From the NCBI GenBank assembly GCA_050309735.1, contig JBNRMS010000017.1, positions 8,432 through 72,431 on the forward strand: 64,000 nucleotides of DNA. Reading direction: 5' to 3'. This document shows, piece after piece, positions 12,056 through 21,383 of the stretch. Numbering within the stretch: the stretch's first letter is position 1; every line of letters starts with the position of its first letter. The stretch is from Eubacteriales bacterium. GTDB lineage: Bacteria; Bacillota; Clostridia; Oscillospirales; CAG-272. Under the pieces are notes generated by a model. The model saw only the letters and a list, made by a program, of their open reading frames with translations. It did not search any database and was not told the DNA's origin. A program made the translations under genes and the position numbers.

Positions 12056-12832
12056 TCATGACCCGGTTGACTTATAGCGCCGCAAACCGATGCGGAAAAA
12101 ACCATAACAGGGCAGGATAAAAAGGAGCGCTATCAGCGGCAAAAACATATAAAGTATGTTCTCCACCCTGCCGAGCAAATACAAAAGGGGATAATACTGA
12201 AATAGAGCCAGAGGTATAACATAGGTGAGAAATTTCAGAATCCCGTCCCCGTAAATCGAGAAGGGATAGCGGCCGAATTCGCGTCCGCCGTGTGTTAGTA
12301 TATTCATAAATTCAAGGCCTTCGGTTGTGAAAAAGGCGAATGAGGCGTATAAGAGGTACAGACCGAAAAAGATAACCGAGCCGCAGGAAATCATCAGTAT
12401 GAGCGTTAATGCTTTATCGGGCGTCCATGTTACGCCGCTTTTCGGTATGGCATAGCACAATACCGCCGCAGCCTGAATAAATATGCCCAGCCGCAAAAAC
12501 TCGATGTGCGACGCCAGAACCTGAAAAATTATGCCGCGCGGCCGCACAAGGGCGCGGTCAAACTCGCCGTTGCCGAGCAGCCGGGGGAAAATATCAAAGC
12601 CGCGGGCAAAAACCTCGGCAATAGAAAAGGCCATTGTCACCACCGAGGTGCATAAGAGAGTTTCTGCGAGCGTGAACCCTTCTACCTCGTTAAAACGCGA
12701 AAACATGAACAGAACGCTGAGGACGGTTGCAAAAGACATTATAATTCGGGCGATTACATTCAGTATAAATGTAGTTTTGTACTGCATTTGGCTCATAAGG
12801 TGCATTGAGAAAAACTTGAAATAAAGCTTCAT
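12056..12832 (-). CDS. ABC-2 family transporter permease
   Basis: 258-aa polytopic membrane protein, last gene of a three-gene operon with an ABC ATPase. Confidence 0.65.
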   Translation of the reverse strand: MKLYFKFFSMHLMSQMQYKTTFILNVIARIIMSFATVLSVLFMFSRFNEVEGFTLAETLLCTSVVTMAFSIAEVFARGFDIFPRLLGNGEFDRALVRPRGIIFQVLASHIEFLRLGIFIQAAAVLCYAIPKSGVTWTPDKALTLILMISCGSVIFFGLYLLYASFAFFTTEGLEFMNILTHGGREFGRYPFSIYGDGILKFLTYVIPLALFQYYPLLYLLGRVENILYMFLPLIALLFILPCYGFFRIGLRRYKSTGS

Positions 12833-12835
12833 ACA

Positions 12836-13633
12836 TTATCCCCCCTGCGTGACGACCCGACCGAGCGAGTGTCTCATTAAGAGCTTCCCAAAAATCATCA
12901 TCACCGCAAACCAGAATATTTGCAGCCCCACCCCGTATATGGCATCAATGCCGGCTATGTCGCCGCTGTAAATCCTCAGCGGCATATTCTGCATGGCCGC
13001 GAAGGGCAAGAGCTCGGCGACCTTTCTTATCGGCTCGGGGAAAAAGGGAATAGGTATATATCCTCCGGCGAGAAAATCTGCGAGGATAACGAAAATCACA
13101 TTGTAACGGCTCATGGTGTAAAAGGCAGACATATAGTCTATTAAGCAATATGCGGTGACGGCCAGCATTGCGGCAGGCGCCGAGATGAGGAAGAGCCCGA
13201 GTTGAAAGAGATCGGGCGGCAGCGTCATTCTGAAGGGTTCGGGCAGGATAAAGGCGACAATCAATATCGGGGCGCACCTAAGGGCTGCTCTTGAGACCCT
13301 GTCGGCTATTGTTTCAAAAAACCAGCGGTTGTATATGCCCATCGGTCGTGCCAGGTCGTATGCAATATTTCCGCTGACAATTGTTTCGACTACCCTGCCG
13401 CCCACTCCCCAGGGCATAAAGAGAGCTAAAAAGGCCTGCTGAATCCATATGTAGGAGACAAGATGCGAAAACTCCATCGGAAATGCGGCGGGATTTGCCC
13501 GGTAGAAGGCCGAGAAGGCCAGTATCTCCATAAATCCCCACGCAAACTGGGTTGTTAACCCGGCGAGCGCCGCCGCGCGATATTGCAGTCCGTTTATGAA
13601 GCGAATGCGAAAGAGCGAGAAATACTGCTTCAT
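12836..13633 (-). CDS. ABC-2 family transporter permease
   Basis: 265-aa polytopic membrane protein. Its start overlaps the ATPase stop by 4 nt. Confidence 0.65.
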   Translation of the reverse strand: MKQYFSLFRIRFINGLQYRAAALAGLTTQFAWGFMEILAFSAFYRANPAAFPMEFSHLVSYIWIQQAFLALFMPWGVGGRVVETIVSGNIAYDLARPMGIYNRWFFETIADRVSRAALRCAPILIVAFILPEPFRMTLPPDLFQLGLFLISAPAAMLAVTAYCLIDYMSAFYTMSRYNVIFVILADFLAGGYIPIPFFPEPIRKVAELLPFAAMQNMPLRIYSGDIAGIDAIYGVGLQIFWFAVMMIFGKLLMRHSLGRVVTQGG

Positions 13634-14604
13634 ATTTCATACTCCCGGTAAAGCGCGGCCACCATTTCCTCGGCGCTGATGCCCGACACCGAGACGTCGT
13701 TAAGCTCGGTCTCGGCTCCGAGGCGCGAGATTGCGGAAGAAACAGAGATTACCGACGGGTCGAGCAGAATAACAAGCCGCCCCTCCTTTGCTTCTGTAAC
13801 CGTCATCCCCTCAGAAACCTCGGGCGACCTGCCGCTGTATTCGACAATGAGCGTTTTCTTTTCGGACGAATGCTTTTTTAGCTCGTCAAGGCTACCGTCG
13901 AGCAGTATTCTGCCTTTGCCGATAAGAAGAATGCGCTCGGTGAGCGCTTCGATGTCCTGCATATCGTGCGTGGTTAGAATAACGGTTGTGCCATGCTCGG
14001 CATTCAGCTTCTTGATAAAACTGCGAACGGCGATTTTTGACACCGCGTCAAGCCCTATTGTCGGCTCATCTAGAAATAAAATTCTGGGCATATGCAGAAG
14101 AGAGGCGGCAATCTCGCAGCGCATTCGCTGCCCAAGACTGAGTTGCCGCGCCGGCGTTTTCAGTATCTCCCCCAAATCAAGAAGCTCGCACAACTCCTCA
14201 AGACTTCTTTTGTATGTTATCTCATCTGTTCTATAAATGTCGCGGATTAGCTCAAAGCTGTCGATAATCGGCACATCCCACCAGAGCTGGCTGCGCTGGC
14301 CGAACACAACCCCGATCTCGCGGACATGGGCAACTCTGTCGCGCCATGGAACCCGGCCGTCGATTTTGCAGTGGCCGCCATCGGGCGTCAGAATGCCGCA
14401 CATGATTTTGATGGTTGTGCTTTTTCCGGCTCCGTTCGGCCCGATATAGCCGACCATCTCACCGTCGCCAACCTTGAAGCTCACGTCTTTTAGCGCGTCG
14501 ATTCTGGTGTATTCCTTTTTAAACAGAGATGCGAGCGCGCTGCCAAAGCCCGCGCCGCGCCGCGCAACCTTGAAGGTTTTGCAGATTCCGCTAAGCTCGA
14601 TCAT
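13630..14604 (-). CDS. ABC transporter ATP-binding protein
   Basis: Walker A GPNGAGKST, signature LSLGQRMR, Walker B ILFLDEPT. Start set at MIELSG, which has an AGAGGAAG RBS (the track ORF is 16 codons longer). Confidence 0.9.
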   Translation of the reverse strand: MIELSGICKTFKVARRGAGFGSALASLFKKEYTRIDALKDVSFKVGDGEMVGYIGPNGAGKSTTIKIMCGILTPDGGHCKIDGRVPWRDRVAHVREIGVVFGQRSQLWWDVPIIDSFELIRDIYRTDEITYKRSLEELCELLDLGEILKTPARQLSLGQRMRCEIAASLLHMPRILFLDEPTIGLDAVSKIAVRSFIKKLNAEHGTTVILTTHDMQDIEALTERILLIGKGRILLDGSLDELKKHSSEKKTLIVEYSGRSPEVSEGMTVTEAKEGRLVILLDPSVISVSSAISRLGAETELNDVSVSGISAEEMVAALYREYEI

Positions 14605-14753
14605 TTTCTCACTTCCTCTTTTAAAATTTATCTCCTCCGCTGCCCGGGGCACGGCAGTCGCGATATACTCCGGGCGGCATAAAGGCCGAAAAAAGCGGCA
14701 GACACAGCCGCATCCGTAGAGGATGCGGCGCGCTTATTTTGGGTGACCCTATG

Positions 14754-14782
14754 AGTATATCCGAGCGCGGGAATTTTGTCAA
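14754..14782 (-). promoter_or_regulatory. Candidate promoter (TTGACA-17-TATACT) of the ABC-2 operon
   Basis: Minus-strand TTGACA at 14782-14777 and TATACT at 14759-14754. The roughly 140-nt leader contains the hairpin at 14707-14729. Confidence 0.5.
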
Positions 14783-14923
14783 TTGCTTTTTATAAATATT
14801 TTTACATATAAATGTAAACTTGTGATGAAATCTTGAAATCTGTAAGAAACCATTGACGGAAATGAAATAATGTGTAACATGAAAATGCCGGTGCGCCGGT
14901 AAAACACAAAGCGGAGGATTATT

Positions 14924-15343
14924 ATGCGTAAACTATTAACCGTTCTTATCTTCTCGGTTATAGCTCTTTTAGTGTTTTCGTCCTGCTCGCCGGGGAATTC
15001 GAGCGAAAAGGGAGAGGGAGGCACCTCACCCGACAACGGCTACCCGTCGGGCAGCGTGCAGTTTATCTATTTGTTCCAAGATGGAAAGCTATATGCCCCG
15101 ACCTATCAAGACTACGACTGTATCCGCGACGGAGACGCTTATATCAGGGGAAGCAATTTTGAGATTGTCGGCGAAACGGTCGGCGAGGACAACGAGGAGA
15201 TACCGACCGAGGAAATGGTTGCAAGCCGCCTGCCTGTCGGCACGCCGATTTATCGCGAGCGCTTCTCGGGCGATATTTTTATACTGCGTGAGGATAATAT
15301 GCTTATGCGGTGCTTTGAAGTTAAAAAGACAACTCCCGGTTAA
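14924..15343 (+). CDS. Small hypothetical lipoprotein
   Basis: 139 aa. Signal peptide with lipobox FSSC. GGAGG RBS. Confidence 0.6.
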   Translation: MRKLLTVLIFSVIALLVFSSCSPGNSSEKGEGGTSPDNGYPSGSVQFIYLFQDGKLYAPTYQDYDCIRDGDAYIRGSNFEIVGETVGEDNEEIPTEEMVASRLPVGTPIYRERFSGDIFILREDNMLMRCFEVKKTTPG

Positions 15344-15361
15344 AATCCGGTAAAAATAGAG

Positions 15362-15400
15362 AGCGGGGCACGGGCGAGAGCCTGTGACCCGCTTTATTTG
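15362..15400 (+). terminator. Rho-independent terminator
   Basis: Long GC stem GCGGGGCACGGGC-GAGA-GCCTGTGACCCGC followed by TTTATTTG. Confidence 0.6.
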
Positions 15401-15420
15401 CCTTATTTGCGTTAAAAACA

Positions 15421-15449
15421 TTGATTATTGCCGGGTTATAGGTTATAAT
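15421..15449 (+). promoter_or_regulatory. Candidate promoter (TTGATT-17-TATAAT)
   Basis: TTGATT at 15421-15426 and TATAAT at 15444-15449. Its position excludes the TTG at 15452 as the start codon. Confidence 0.5.
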
Positions 15450-15487
15450 ACTTGAAAGACAAATCTTTGGGGTTTACCGGTGAGCAG

Positions 15488-16912
15488 ATGAACAAATACC
15501 GCAAGCTGATGAGAGACACAGTAATATTAGGATTTGGAACCTTCGCATCGAAGGTTCTTGTTTTGCTGCTTATCCCGCTCTACACCTCAAGGCTAAACCC
15601 CGGACAGTTTAACCTTGCCGAGCTTATCTCGCAGACCGCCAATCTCCTAATCCCACTCGCCTCGGCAGGTGTTTGCGACGGTCTTTTCCGCTTCACCCTA
15701 GGCTCGGCGGCTGATAAACCCTCGGTTTTTAAAAATGGTCTCACCGTTCTTGCCATCTCAACGGCGCTCTTTCTTGCGCTCTCGCCGCTGCTCCTTCTGA
15801 TAGAATATTTTCGCGGCTATGTCTGGCTTATCATATCCTATGTCCTCGCGGCTAATCTCCACTCGGCGCTCGCGCAATATCTGCGCGCCTGTGACCGCAT
15901 GAAGCTTTTTGCCGCGCAGGGAATACTGAATACCGCACTTGTGATATCCTTCAATCTTGTCTTTCTTCTCGGCTTTGACATGGGGGTCATCGGATATGTA
16001 CTCTCGGTGGTTATATCTGACATTATTGTTTCGGTTTTTCTTATTGTTTATACAAAACTCTGGCTTGATTTTGGCTCGGGCAGGATTAGCCTGTCGCTGA
16101 CCCGTGATATGCTCAGATACAGCGTTCCGATGATACCAACCGTTATCTTCTGGTGGGTTACCAATGTGTCGGGGCGATATTTTGTAACCTGGTTTTGCGG
16201 CGAGGAGGCGGCCGGATTGTTTACCGCCGCATATAAAATTCCGACTCTGCTCACGCTTATCACCACCGTTTTTTATGAGGCGTGGCAGTTCTCGGCCGTC
16301 AAGGATGCCGAGGAGAAGAAGCAATCAAAATTTTTCGGGAGCGTGTTCAGCTATTATTCAAGCCTGATGTTTATGGCAGGAGCGGGGGTTGTGCTTTTGT
16401 CCCGGGTTTTTGTGTCGCTGCTCTTTGCTAAGTCATATTCGGGTGCGTGGTCATATATCCCGGCGCTCTCTGCGGCGGCGGTTTTCTCGGCGCTGACCAC
16501 TTTTATGGGCAGTGTTTATCTGGTCAAGAAAAAGAGCGAGCTGTCGTTTATGACCTCGCTGCTCGGGGCGCTGACAAACCTTGTGCTGAATCTCACTCTT
16601 ATTCCGCTCCTTGGCGCTCAGGGTGCCGCGGTGGCGGCGGTGGCGAGTTTCTTTACCGTCTTTATCATTCGTGCCGTGTCTGTACAGAAGCACCTCGTTT
16701 TTTTTGTCAACTATTTGCGCCTGTCGGTCAACACTGCTTTGCTCTTTTTGATGTGCGCGGTCACAGTGATTGCCTTCCCATATTGGTGGATAGTCAGCTC
16801 GGCGCTCATGGCGCTGATGCTTGCCGTCAACGCAAGAACGCTTCTTCGGTGCGCCGTCGGCGCGATACGGCAGCTTGGCTTCTCAAGACCGGCGCCTGAC
16901 AGGTCATCCTAA
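15488..16912 (+). CDS. MOP-superfamily polysaccharide/oligosaccharide flippase (Wzx/SpoVB-like)
   Basis: About 474-aa protein with around 12-14 hydrophobic spans. The N-terminal pattern LMRDTVILGFGTFASKVLVLLLIPLYT is typical of the Polysacc_synt family. Start moved to ATG 15488. Confidence 0.7.
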   Translation: MNKYRKLMRDTVILGFGTFASKVLVLLLIPLYTSRLNPGQFNLAELISQTANLLIPLASAGVCDGLFRFTLGSAADKPSVFKNGLTVLAISTALFLALSPLLLLIEYFRGYVWLIISYVLAANLHSALAQYLRACDRMKLFAAQGILNTALVISFNLVFLLGFDMGVIGYVLSVVISDIIVSVFLIVYTKLWLDFGSGRISLSLTRDMLRYSVPMIPTVIFWWVTNVSGRYFVTWFCGEEAAGLFTAAYKIPTLLTLITTVFYEAWQFSAVKDAEEKKQSKFFGSVFSYYSSLMFMAGAGVVLLSRVFVSLLFAKSYSGAWSYIPALSAAAVFSALTTFMGSVYLVKKKSELSFMTSLLGALTNLVLNLTLIPLLGAQGAAVAAVASFFTVFIIRAVSVQKHLVFFVNYLRLSVNTALLFLMCAVTVIAFPYWWIVSSALMALMLAVNARTLLRCAVGAIRQLGFSRPAPDRSS

Positions 16913-16960
16913 AGCAATGATTCTGAGGAACATTAGGGAAATCTCAGCGTCTTTATTTAT

Positions 16961-17080
16961 ACTAAGCACCAATTAAAACATTAAGCTAATGAGGGATGCG
17001 CCGAAGGGAACTTCCCCAGAGAAGTTTCTCCCCAGACCCCTGGGGGAACTTTCAAACAATGAGGTAATAGTGTTATATAA
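16961..17080 (+). repeat. Intergenic repeat family B, internally deleted copy B2
   Basis: Has the B 5' end (ACTAAGCACCAATTAAAACATTAAGCTAATGAGGGATGCGCC..GGGAACTTCCCC..) and the 3' end (AATGAGGTAATAGTGTTATATAA). It lacks the central roughly 100 bp found in B1 and B3. Confidence 0.7.
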
Positions 17081-17098
17081 ATAACGGAGGGAATTTCT

Positions 17099-18295
17099 AT
17101 GAATTCAAGCAAGGCTATCCTATTCCTGACTGTCCTGTTGCTCCTCTTGCTTTGTCTGACGGGTTGCGCTAAATCCGAGTTCAGGGCACTTGTGGTAAGA
17201 GTTTCGGCAGACTCTGTTTTAGTAATCCCCGAGACCGGCAGCCCGCCGACAGGCTCGGCTGACCTTATCAGTTTCAGCACCGCCGGGCTTGGCCTCACGC
17301 TCAGGGCCGGTCAGATAATCCTGATAGAGTATGACGGGGCCGTTATGGAATCCTATCCCGGGCAGATAAGGGCGAGCGGGGTGAAGATAATCGGCGAGGC
17401 CGGGGCGCTGCCGATTGAGAAATTGACCGAGATGATCTGGGCGCCGCCGGCTAATTCCGAGGACGCAAAGCTGACCTTTGGGCTCGGCGGCAGGTTTTCA
17501 ACCATCTCCGAGACAGGGCCGGTATACTACGGACAATATAGAATCGAGCAAATCACCGGCGGTGCGCCCGGCGAGGTCGCTCTCATAATCGAGGGCACAG
17601 GAAACAAGGATTACAACGGCACCCGAGGCGCAAGAATCGTTGAATATAACGACACTCAATATCTCTTTATCGGCGATAAGTTTTATTATGCCGCAGAAGA
17701 GTCGGCAGGCGTCGGCGAATCCACCGGATATGTCGTTGACAAACCTGTGATTTATCTTTACCCCACCGAGCCGATATGGGTTAATGTCAGGCTTTTCTTT
17801 GACGGCCAACTGACTGCAACCATTCCCGAATATCCGGCCGGAGGCTGGGATGTTTTAGCGCAGCCCGACGGAACGATTATATCCCCCGACGGCATAAGCT
17901 ATCCTTATCTTTTCTGGGAAGGGATGCCAAATCACCTGCTTGAGATAACGCAGGGATTTTGCGTCGCCGGGGAGGACACCGAGAGCTTTCTTCGCGAGAA
18001 ACTCGCACAGCTCGGACTGATTAGTGCCGAGGCAGAGGAGTTTATCGAATTCTGGCTGCCTCGCATGCAGGGCAGCCCATATAACCTTATTCAGTTTCAG
18101 ACAGACGATTACACCGACATGGCAAGGCTCAAAATCACTCCCGCGCCCGACTCGCTCCTGCGTGTTTTTATGACATACCAGCCAACCGTTTCATATGCCG
18201 AGATACCCGAGCAGGAGCTTGCCGGCTTTGAGAGACGCGGCTTTGCCGTTGTCGAATGGGGAGGGTGCGAGCTGCCGGCGTCGGCGAATGATTGA
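17099..18295 (+). CDS. Hypothetical lipoprotein
   Basis: 398 aa. Signal peptide with lipobox LTGC. GGAGGG RBS 7 nt upstream. No recognisable catalytic motif. Confidence 0.6.
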   Translation: MNSSKAILFLTVLLLLLLCLTGCAKSEFRALVVRVSADSVLVIPETGSPPTGSADLISFSTAGLGLTLRAGQIILIEYDGAVMESYPGQIRASGVKIIGEAGALPIEKLTEMIWAPPANSEDAKLTFGLGGRFSTISETGPVYYGQYRIEQITGGAPGEVALIIEGTGNKDYNGTRGARIVEYNDTQYLFIGDKFYYAAEESAGVGESTGYVVDKPVIYLYPTEPIWVNVRLFFDGQLTATIPEYPAGGWDVLAQPDGTIISPDGISYPYLFWEGMPNHLLEITQGFCVAGEDTESFLREKLAQLGLISAEAEEFIEFWLPRMQGSPYNLIQFQTDDYTDMARLKITPAPDSLLRVFMTYQPTVSYAEIPEQELAGFERRGFAVVEWGGCELPASAND

Positions 18296-18424
18296 AGTGT
18301 GAGGGCGATTGTGGTGATATGAGCGGCATTGTGTTGTTGCGCTTGAAGTCCGCAATGACAGCGTGTCTTTGAGGTTGTACGGGGGCGCGATAGCAAAAAA
18401 GAGAGTATTTTTAGAACGATAGAT

Positions 18425-18530
18425 GTAGGGGAGCACAATGTGCTCCCGCCGCTTCCGGAATTATCGGAAACCGGCAAACATGATAAATGGATTATATCAA
18501 AAACAGGGGGAGCACATTGTGCTCCCCTAC
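18425..18530. repeat. Pair of 23-bp inverted repeats, each itself a hairpin
   Basis: GTAGGGGAGCACAATGTGCTCCC (18425-18447) and its exact reverse complement (18508-18530) flank 60 bp. Located between two convergent genes. Confidence 0.8.
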
Positions 18531-18647
18531 GAATTTTTATTAAGTTTATGGCAAGCCGCGTGTTCCGTAAGAGTCTTTGCTGAATTTGCGGAAAGCCGCG
18601 CGTTTTGTGAGAAGATTGGCGTTTGGTATGAATTTTCCCTCAAGCCC

Positions 18648-19595
18648 TTATCTTTTTTGCGCGAGAGCCGAATAGCTCTCAGAAAAGCGGAGCTTGAAGT
18701 CGGCGTCGGGCATATCGTATCCGGCATCGAGCATCGCCTCAACTACGGCGCCGTAAACCGGGGGAACATCGGCAAGGATCATTATCGCACGGGGCGAGCT
18801 TCTCTCGCGCACCGATACAGAGTATTCAGGGAAGGCCGAGAAAAGTCCGCCGCCCATTACAACCTTGAACCCGCCCTCAAAATGCCGCTCGGCAGCGATT
18901 GTCAGCTCTGCGAGATTGTCGACGGCGGCATCATATATCTGCTCGCAGACGCGGTCTCCAAGTCTGCGCCCCTCAAAGACATTATGCGCCAGCGACGCGA
19001 TAAATGGGCGACCGCCTCTGTAAATTTCTTTAAGGCGGTTTGCCGGGTGGTCGCCCAGCTCTTTTGTGATCATTTCGGTAAGTATTGTGGGCTCGCCCCG
19101 CCCGTCGTATTCGCGGAAAATCATCCGAAGGGCCTCGCGCCCCAGAACAAACCCGCTGCCTCCGGTGTCAATAAGATAGCCCTTTCCGCCGATGTGCATG
19201 GGCTGTTTGCCCGCAATTCTTATATATAGCGTTGCCCCCGTGCCGGCAATCATGCCGCAGCCGTCCTCAGTCCCGAGCATACTTGAGACAAGATTCGGTC
19301 CGTCGTCATATATCCTTATGCTGCGAGCAAGCCCCTTGGGGGCAAGAAAATCGTATAAGTATCCGCCGAGGTGGCAAATTCCGGCAATCCCGCCGTTAAT
19401 GGCGGTTATCTCCTCGGGGAAGCCGGCGCGCACCCGCTCGATGGCCCCGTGAATTCTCGCTATTGCCTCATCGGTTCCTATGTCAAGTCCGTTAGCTCCC
19501 TTTGATATGTCGCGGCGGTGAACTCTTCCGGTATTGTCGAGTAGAATTGTGTCGGTTTTGGAGCCGCCTGAGTCGATGCAGATAAAATAATCCAT
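18648..19595 (-). CDS. BadF/BadG/BcrA/BcrD-type ATPase (N-acetylglucosamine-kinase-like)
   Basis: N-terminal ICIDSGGSKTD phosphate-1 motif of the ASKHA fold and a later DTGGSGF motif. Start set at ATG 19595, which has a GAGGTGG RBS. Confidence 0.7.
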   Translation of the reverse strand: MDYFICIDSGGSKTDTILLDNTGRVHRRDISKGANGLDIGTDEAIARIHGAIERVRAGFPEEITAINGGIAGICHLGGYLYDFLAPKGLARSIRIYDDGPNLVSSMLGTEDGCGMIAGTGATLYIRIAGKQPMHIGGKGYLIDTGGSGFVLGREALRMIFREYDGRGEPTILTEMITKELGDHPANRLKEIYRGGRPFIASLAHNVFEGRRLGDRVCEQIYDAAVDNLAELTIAAERHFEGGFKVVMGGGLFSAFPEYSVSVRERSSPRAIMILADVPPVYGAVVEAMLDAGYDMPDADFKLRFSESYSALAQKR

Positions 19596-19668
19596 GAAAA
19601 CCACCTCTTTTTTATTAATAAATCCGAGATAAATAAAAGTCCTGAGCCGCCTGACTTTGCTTGTGTGA

Positions 19669-19844
19669 ATTATATCATAGTCGCAAGTGAATTTCTCCCG
19701 TGCGCTTCTTTACCGTTGCGACATCGCAGCTTTCGAAGAAAGCTGCCCGCGTGCATATTATATCATAGACGCAAGTGAATTTCTCCCGTGCGCTTCTTTA
19801 CCGTTGCGACATCACAGGTTTCTCCGAAACCTGCCAATGTGCAT
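19669..19844 (-). repeat. Two tandem 88-bp units of structured repeat family A (A1, A2)
   Basis: Units 19669-19756 and 19757-19844 are nearly identical. Each holds hairpin P1 (19726-19746 and 19815-33) and the P2 arms GTCGCAA/TTGCGAC. A third copy lies at 40784-40870. Confidence 0.85.
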
Positions 19845-19873
19845 ATTGTATCATCTAATATAAAAAAAGTCAA
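19845..19873 (-). promoter_or_regulatory. Promoter abutting repeat A2 (TTGACT-17-TACAAT)
   Basis: Minus-strand TTGACT at 19873-19868 and TACAAT at 19850-19845. The sequence TTGACTTTTT..TA.AATATGCACATTGGCAG is shared with 40755-40797. Confidence 0.55.
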
Positions 19874-19991
19874 CCGAGATACGTTTAATCAAGCACCTCA
19901 AAATTTGCCGATGGCTTGAAATGTTATCTTGCTTGTGGTATAATGAGGGAAGAAAATATAAGTTTAAGCGTACGGAAAGGAATATTCATAT

Positions 19992-21227
19992 ATGAAGAAA
20001 ATAAGATTCGCGGTGGTTGGTCTTGGAAACCGGGGCTGGGGACTTATGCGAAAGGCTATAATGCCTGTTGAAGGGGTTGAGATAGTCGGCCTCTGTGACC
20101 TTTATCCCGACAGAATTGAGAGGGCGGGCGAATATGTCGCTGAGAAAACCGGGAAGCGCCCCTTCGGGTGTACTGATTACCGCGAAATGCTCGTCGCAAC
20201 AAAGCCCGACGCGGCACTTATCGCCACCGGGTGGGGGGCACATACCGAGATTGCGCTATTCTGCATGGAGCGCTCTATTGCCGCGGCGGTCGAGGTGGGG
20301 GGCGCTTATTCTGCCGACGAGTGCTGGAGCCTTGTCGACACCTACGAAAGAGTACGCACTCCGATAATGCTGATGGAAAATTGCTGCTTCAACAAGGGAG
20401 AGCTGCTTGCGACGGCGCTTGCGCGCGACGGGCTGTTTGGCGAGATAGTCCACTGCTCAGGGGCATACGCGCATGATCTGCGGCACGAAGTTCTCTCAAG
20501 TGAGGAAAACCGCCACTATCGCCTGCAATATTATAAGGATTACAACTGCGAGAATTATCCGACTCACGAGCTCGGCCCGATTGCCAAGCTGCTCAATATA
20601 AACCGCGGCAATCGAATGGTATCGCTCGTCTCGGTGGCGAGCTCGGCGCGCGGCTTTGCCGAATATATAAGGAGCCGCCCCGACACGATAAACAAAAACC
20701 GCATCGGCGAGATATATCGGCAGGGTGACATTGTCAACACGCTTATCACCTGCGAGGGGGGAGAGACAATTTCTCTGCGGCTTGACACCTCGCTCCCCCG
20801 AACCTATAATCGCGAATTCACCGTGCGCGGCACTAAGGGAATGTACGAGATGGGCAACAACATGGTTTTTCTTGACGGCATGAAGGAATATTTTGACACC
20901 ATGAAGGGATATCTCACCTATCAGGACAACGCGCGGGAGTATGAGGAGAAATATCTGCCCGAGGAGTGGCGGAAGATGAGCGAGGAGGGGGCAAGGTCTG
21001 GTCACGGCGGGATGGATGGGGTTGAGTTCCGCGCGTTTTTTAGGGCGCTGAGAGAGGGCTGCGAGATGCCTATTGACGTTTACGACATGGCGGCATGGAA
21101 GAGTATAACATATTTAAGCGCTAAATCTATTGCCGAGGGGGGAGCACCGCAGGAGATGCCCGATTTTACGCGCGGGGCATACCGAAACAGGCCGCCGCGT
21201 GACGTAATTGACCTGTCTTTAAAATAA
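19992..21227 (+). CDS. Gfo/Idh/MocA-family NAD-binding oxidoreductase (GH109-like architecture)
   Basis: N-terminal Rossmann pattern KIRFAVVGLGNRG. 411 aa with the C-terminal alpha/beta domain typical of this family. Confidence 0.75.
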   Translation: MKKIRFAVVGLGNRGWGLMRKAIMPVEGVEIVGLCDLYPDRIERAGEYVAEKTGKRPFGCTDYREMLVATKPDAALIATGWGAHTEIALFCMERSIAAAVEVGGAYSADECWSLVDTYERVRTPIMLMENCCFNKGELLATALARDGLFGEIVHCSGAYAHDLRHEVLSSEENRHYRLQYYKDYNCENYPTHELGPIAKLLNINRGNRMVSLVSVASSARGFAEYIRSRPDTINKNRIGEIYRQGDIVNTLITCEGGETISLRLDTSLPRTYNREFTVRGTKGMYEMGNNMVFLDGMKEYFDTMKGYLTYQDNAREYEEKYLPEEWRKMSEEGARSGHGGMDGVEFRAFFRALREGCEMPIDVYDMAAWKSITYLSAKSIAEGGAPQEMPDFTRGAYRNRPPRDVIDLSLK

Positions 21228-21365
21228 AAATTTATTAAGCAAGACAAAAGTGCACCAAAGCTATTTGCTTGGCGGCGACAAGACAGTGCGCCCGCCCCGT
21301 TTTCTTTAATTTGAGAGTCTTCTTGAGCGCCAAAAACAACAGGTTTTCCATTGATTTGCGAGCCT

Positions 21366-21383
21366 TTGTTAATTATTTGTCAA
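21366..21383 (+). promoter_or_regulatory. Candidate Rex operator 1
   Basis: TTGTTAATTATTTGTCAA compared with the clostridial Rex consensus TTGTTAAnnnnTTAACAA (2 mismatches). Upstream of adhE. Confidence 0.4.

Noticed and set aside
16981-17298. 105-aa ORF, and the 108-aa ORF at 49125-49451 and 117-aa ORF at 6421-6774, sharing the ..GKFP.A.PSLA ends
   Set aside because: They are read through the reverse strand of family-B repeats. The similarity is caused by the repeat, and they overlap promoter regions or real genes.
18438-19229. 263-aa ORF on the plus strand
   Set aside because: It overlaps the BadF-type ATPase gene on the opposite strand, and that gene has the ASKHA DSGGSKT motif and a good RBS. 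It also starts inside the inverted-repeat hairpin region.
19669-19844. Possible CRISPR array
   Set aside because: There are only two directly abutting 88-bp units with no unique spacers, the unit length is wrong for CRISPR repeats, and there are no cas genes.
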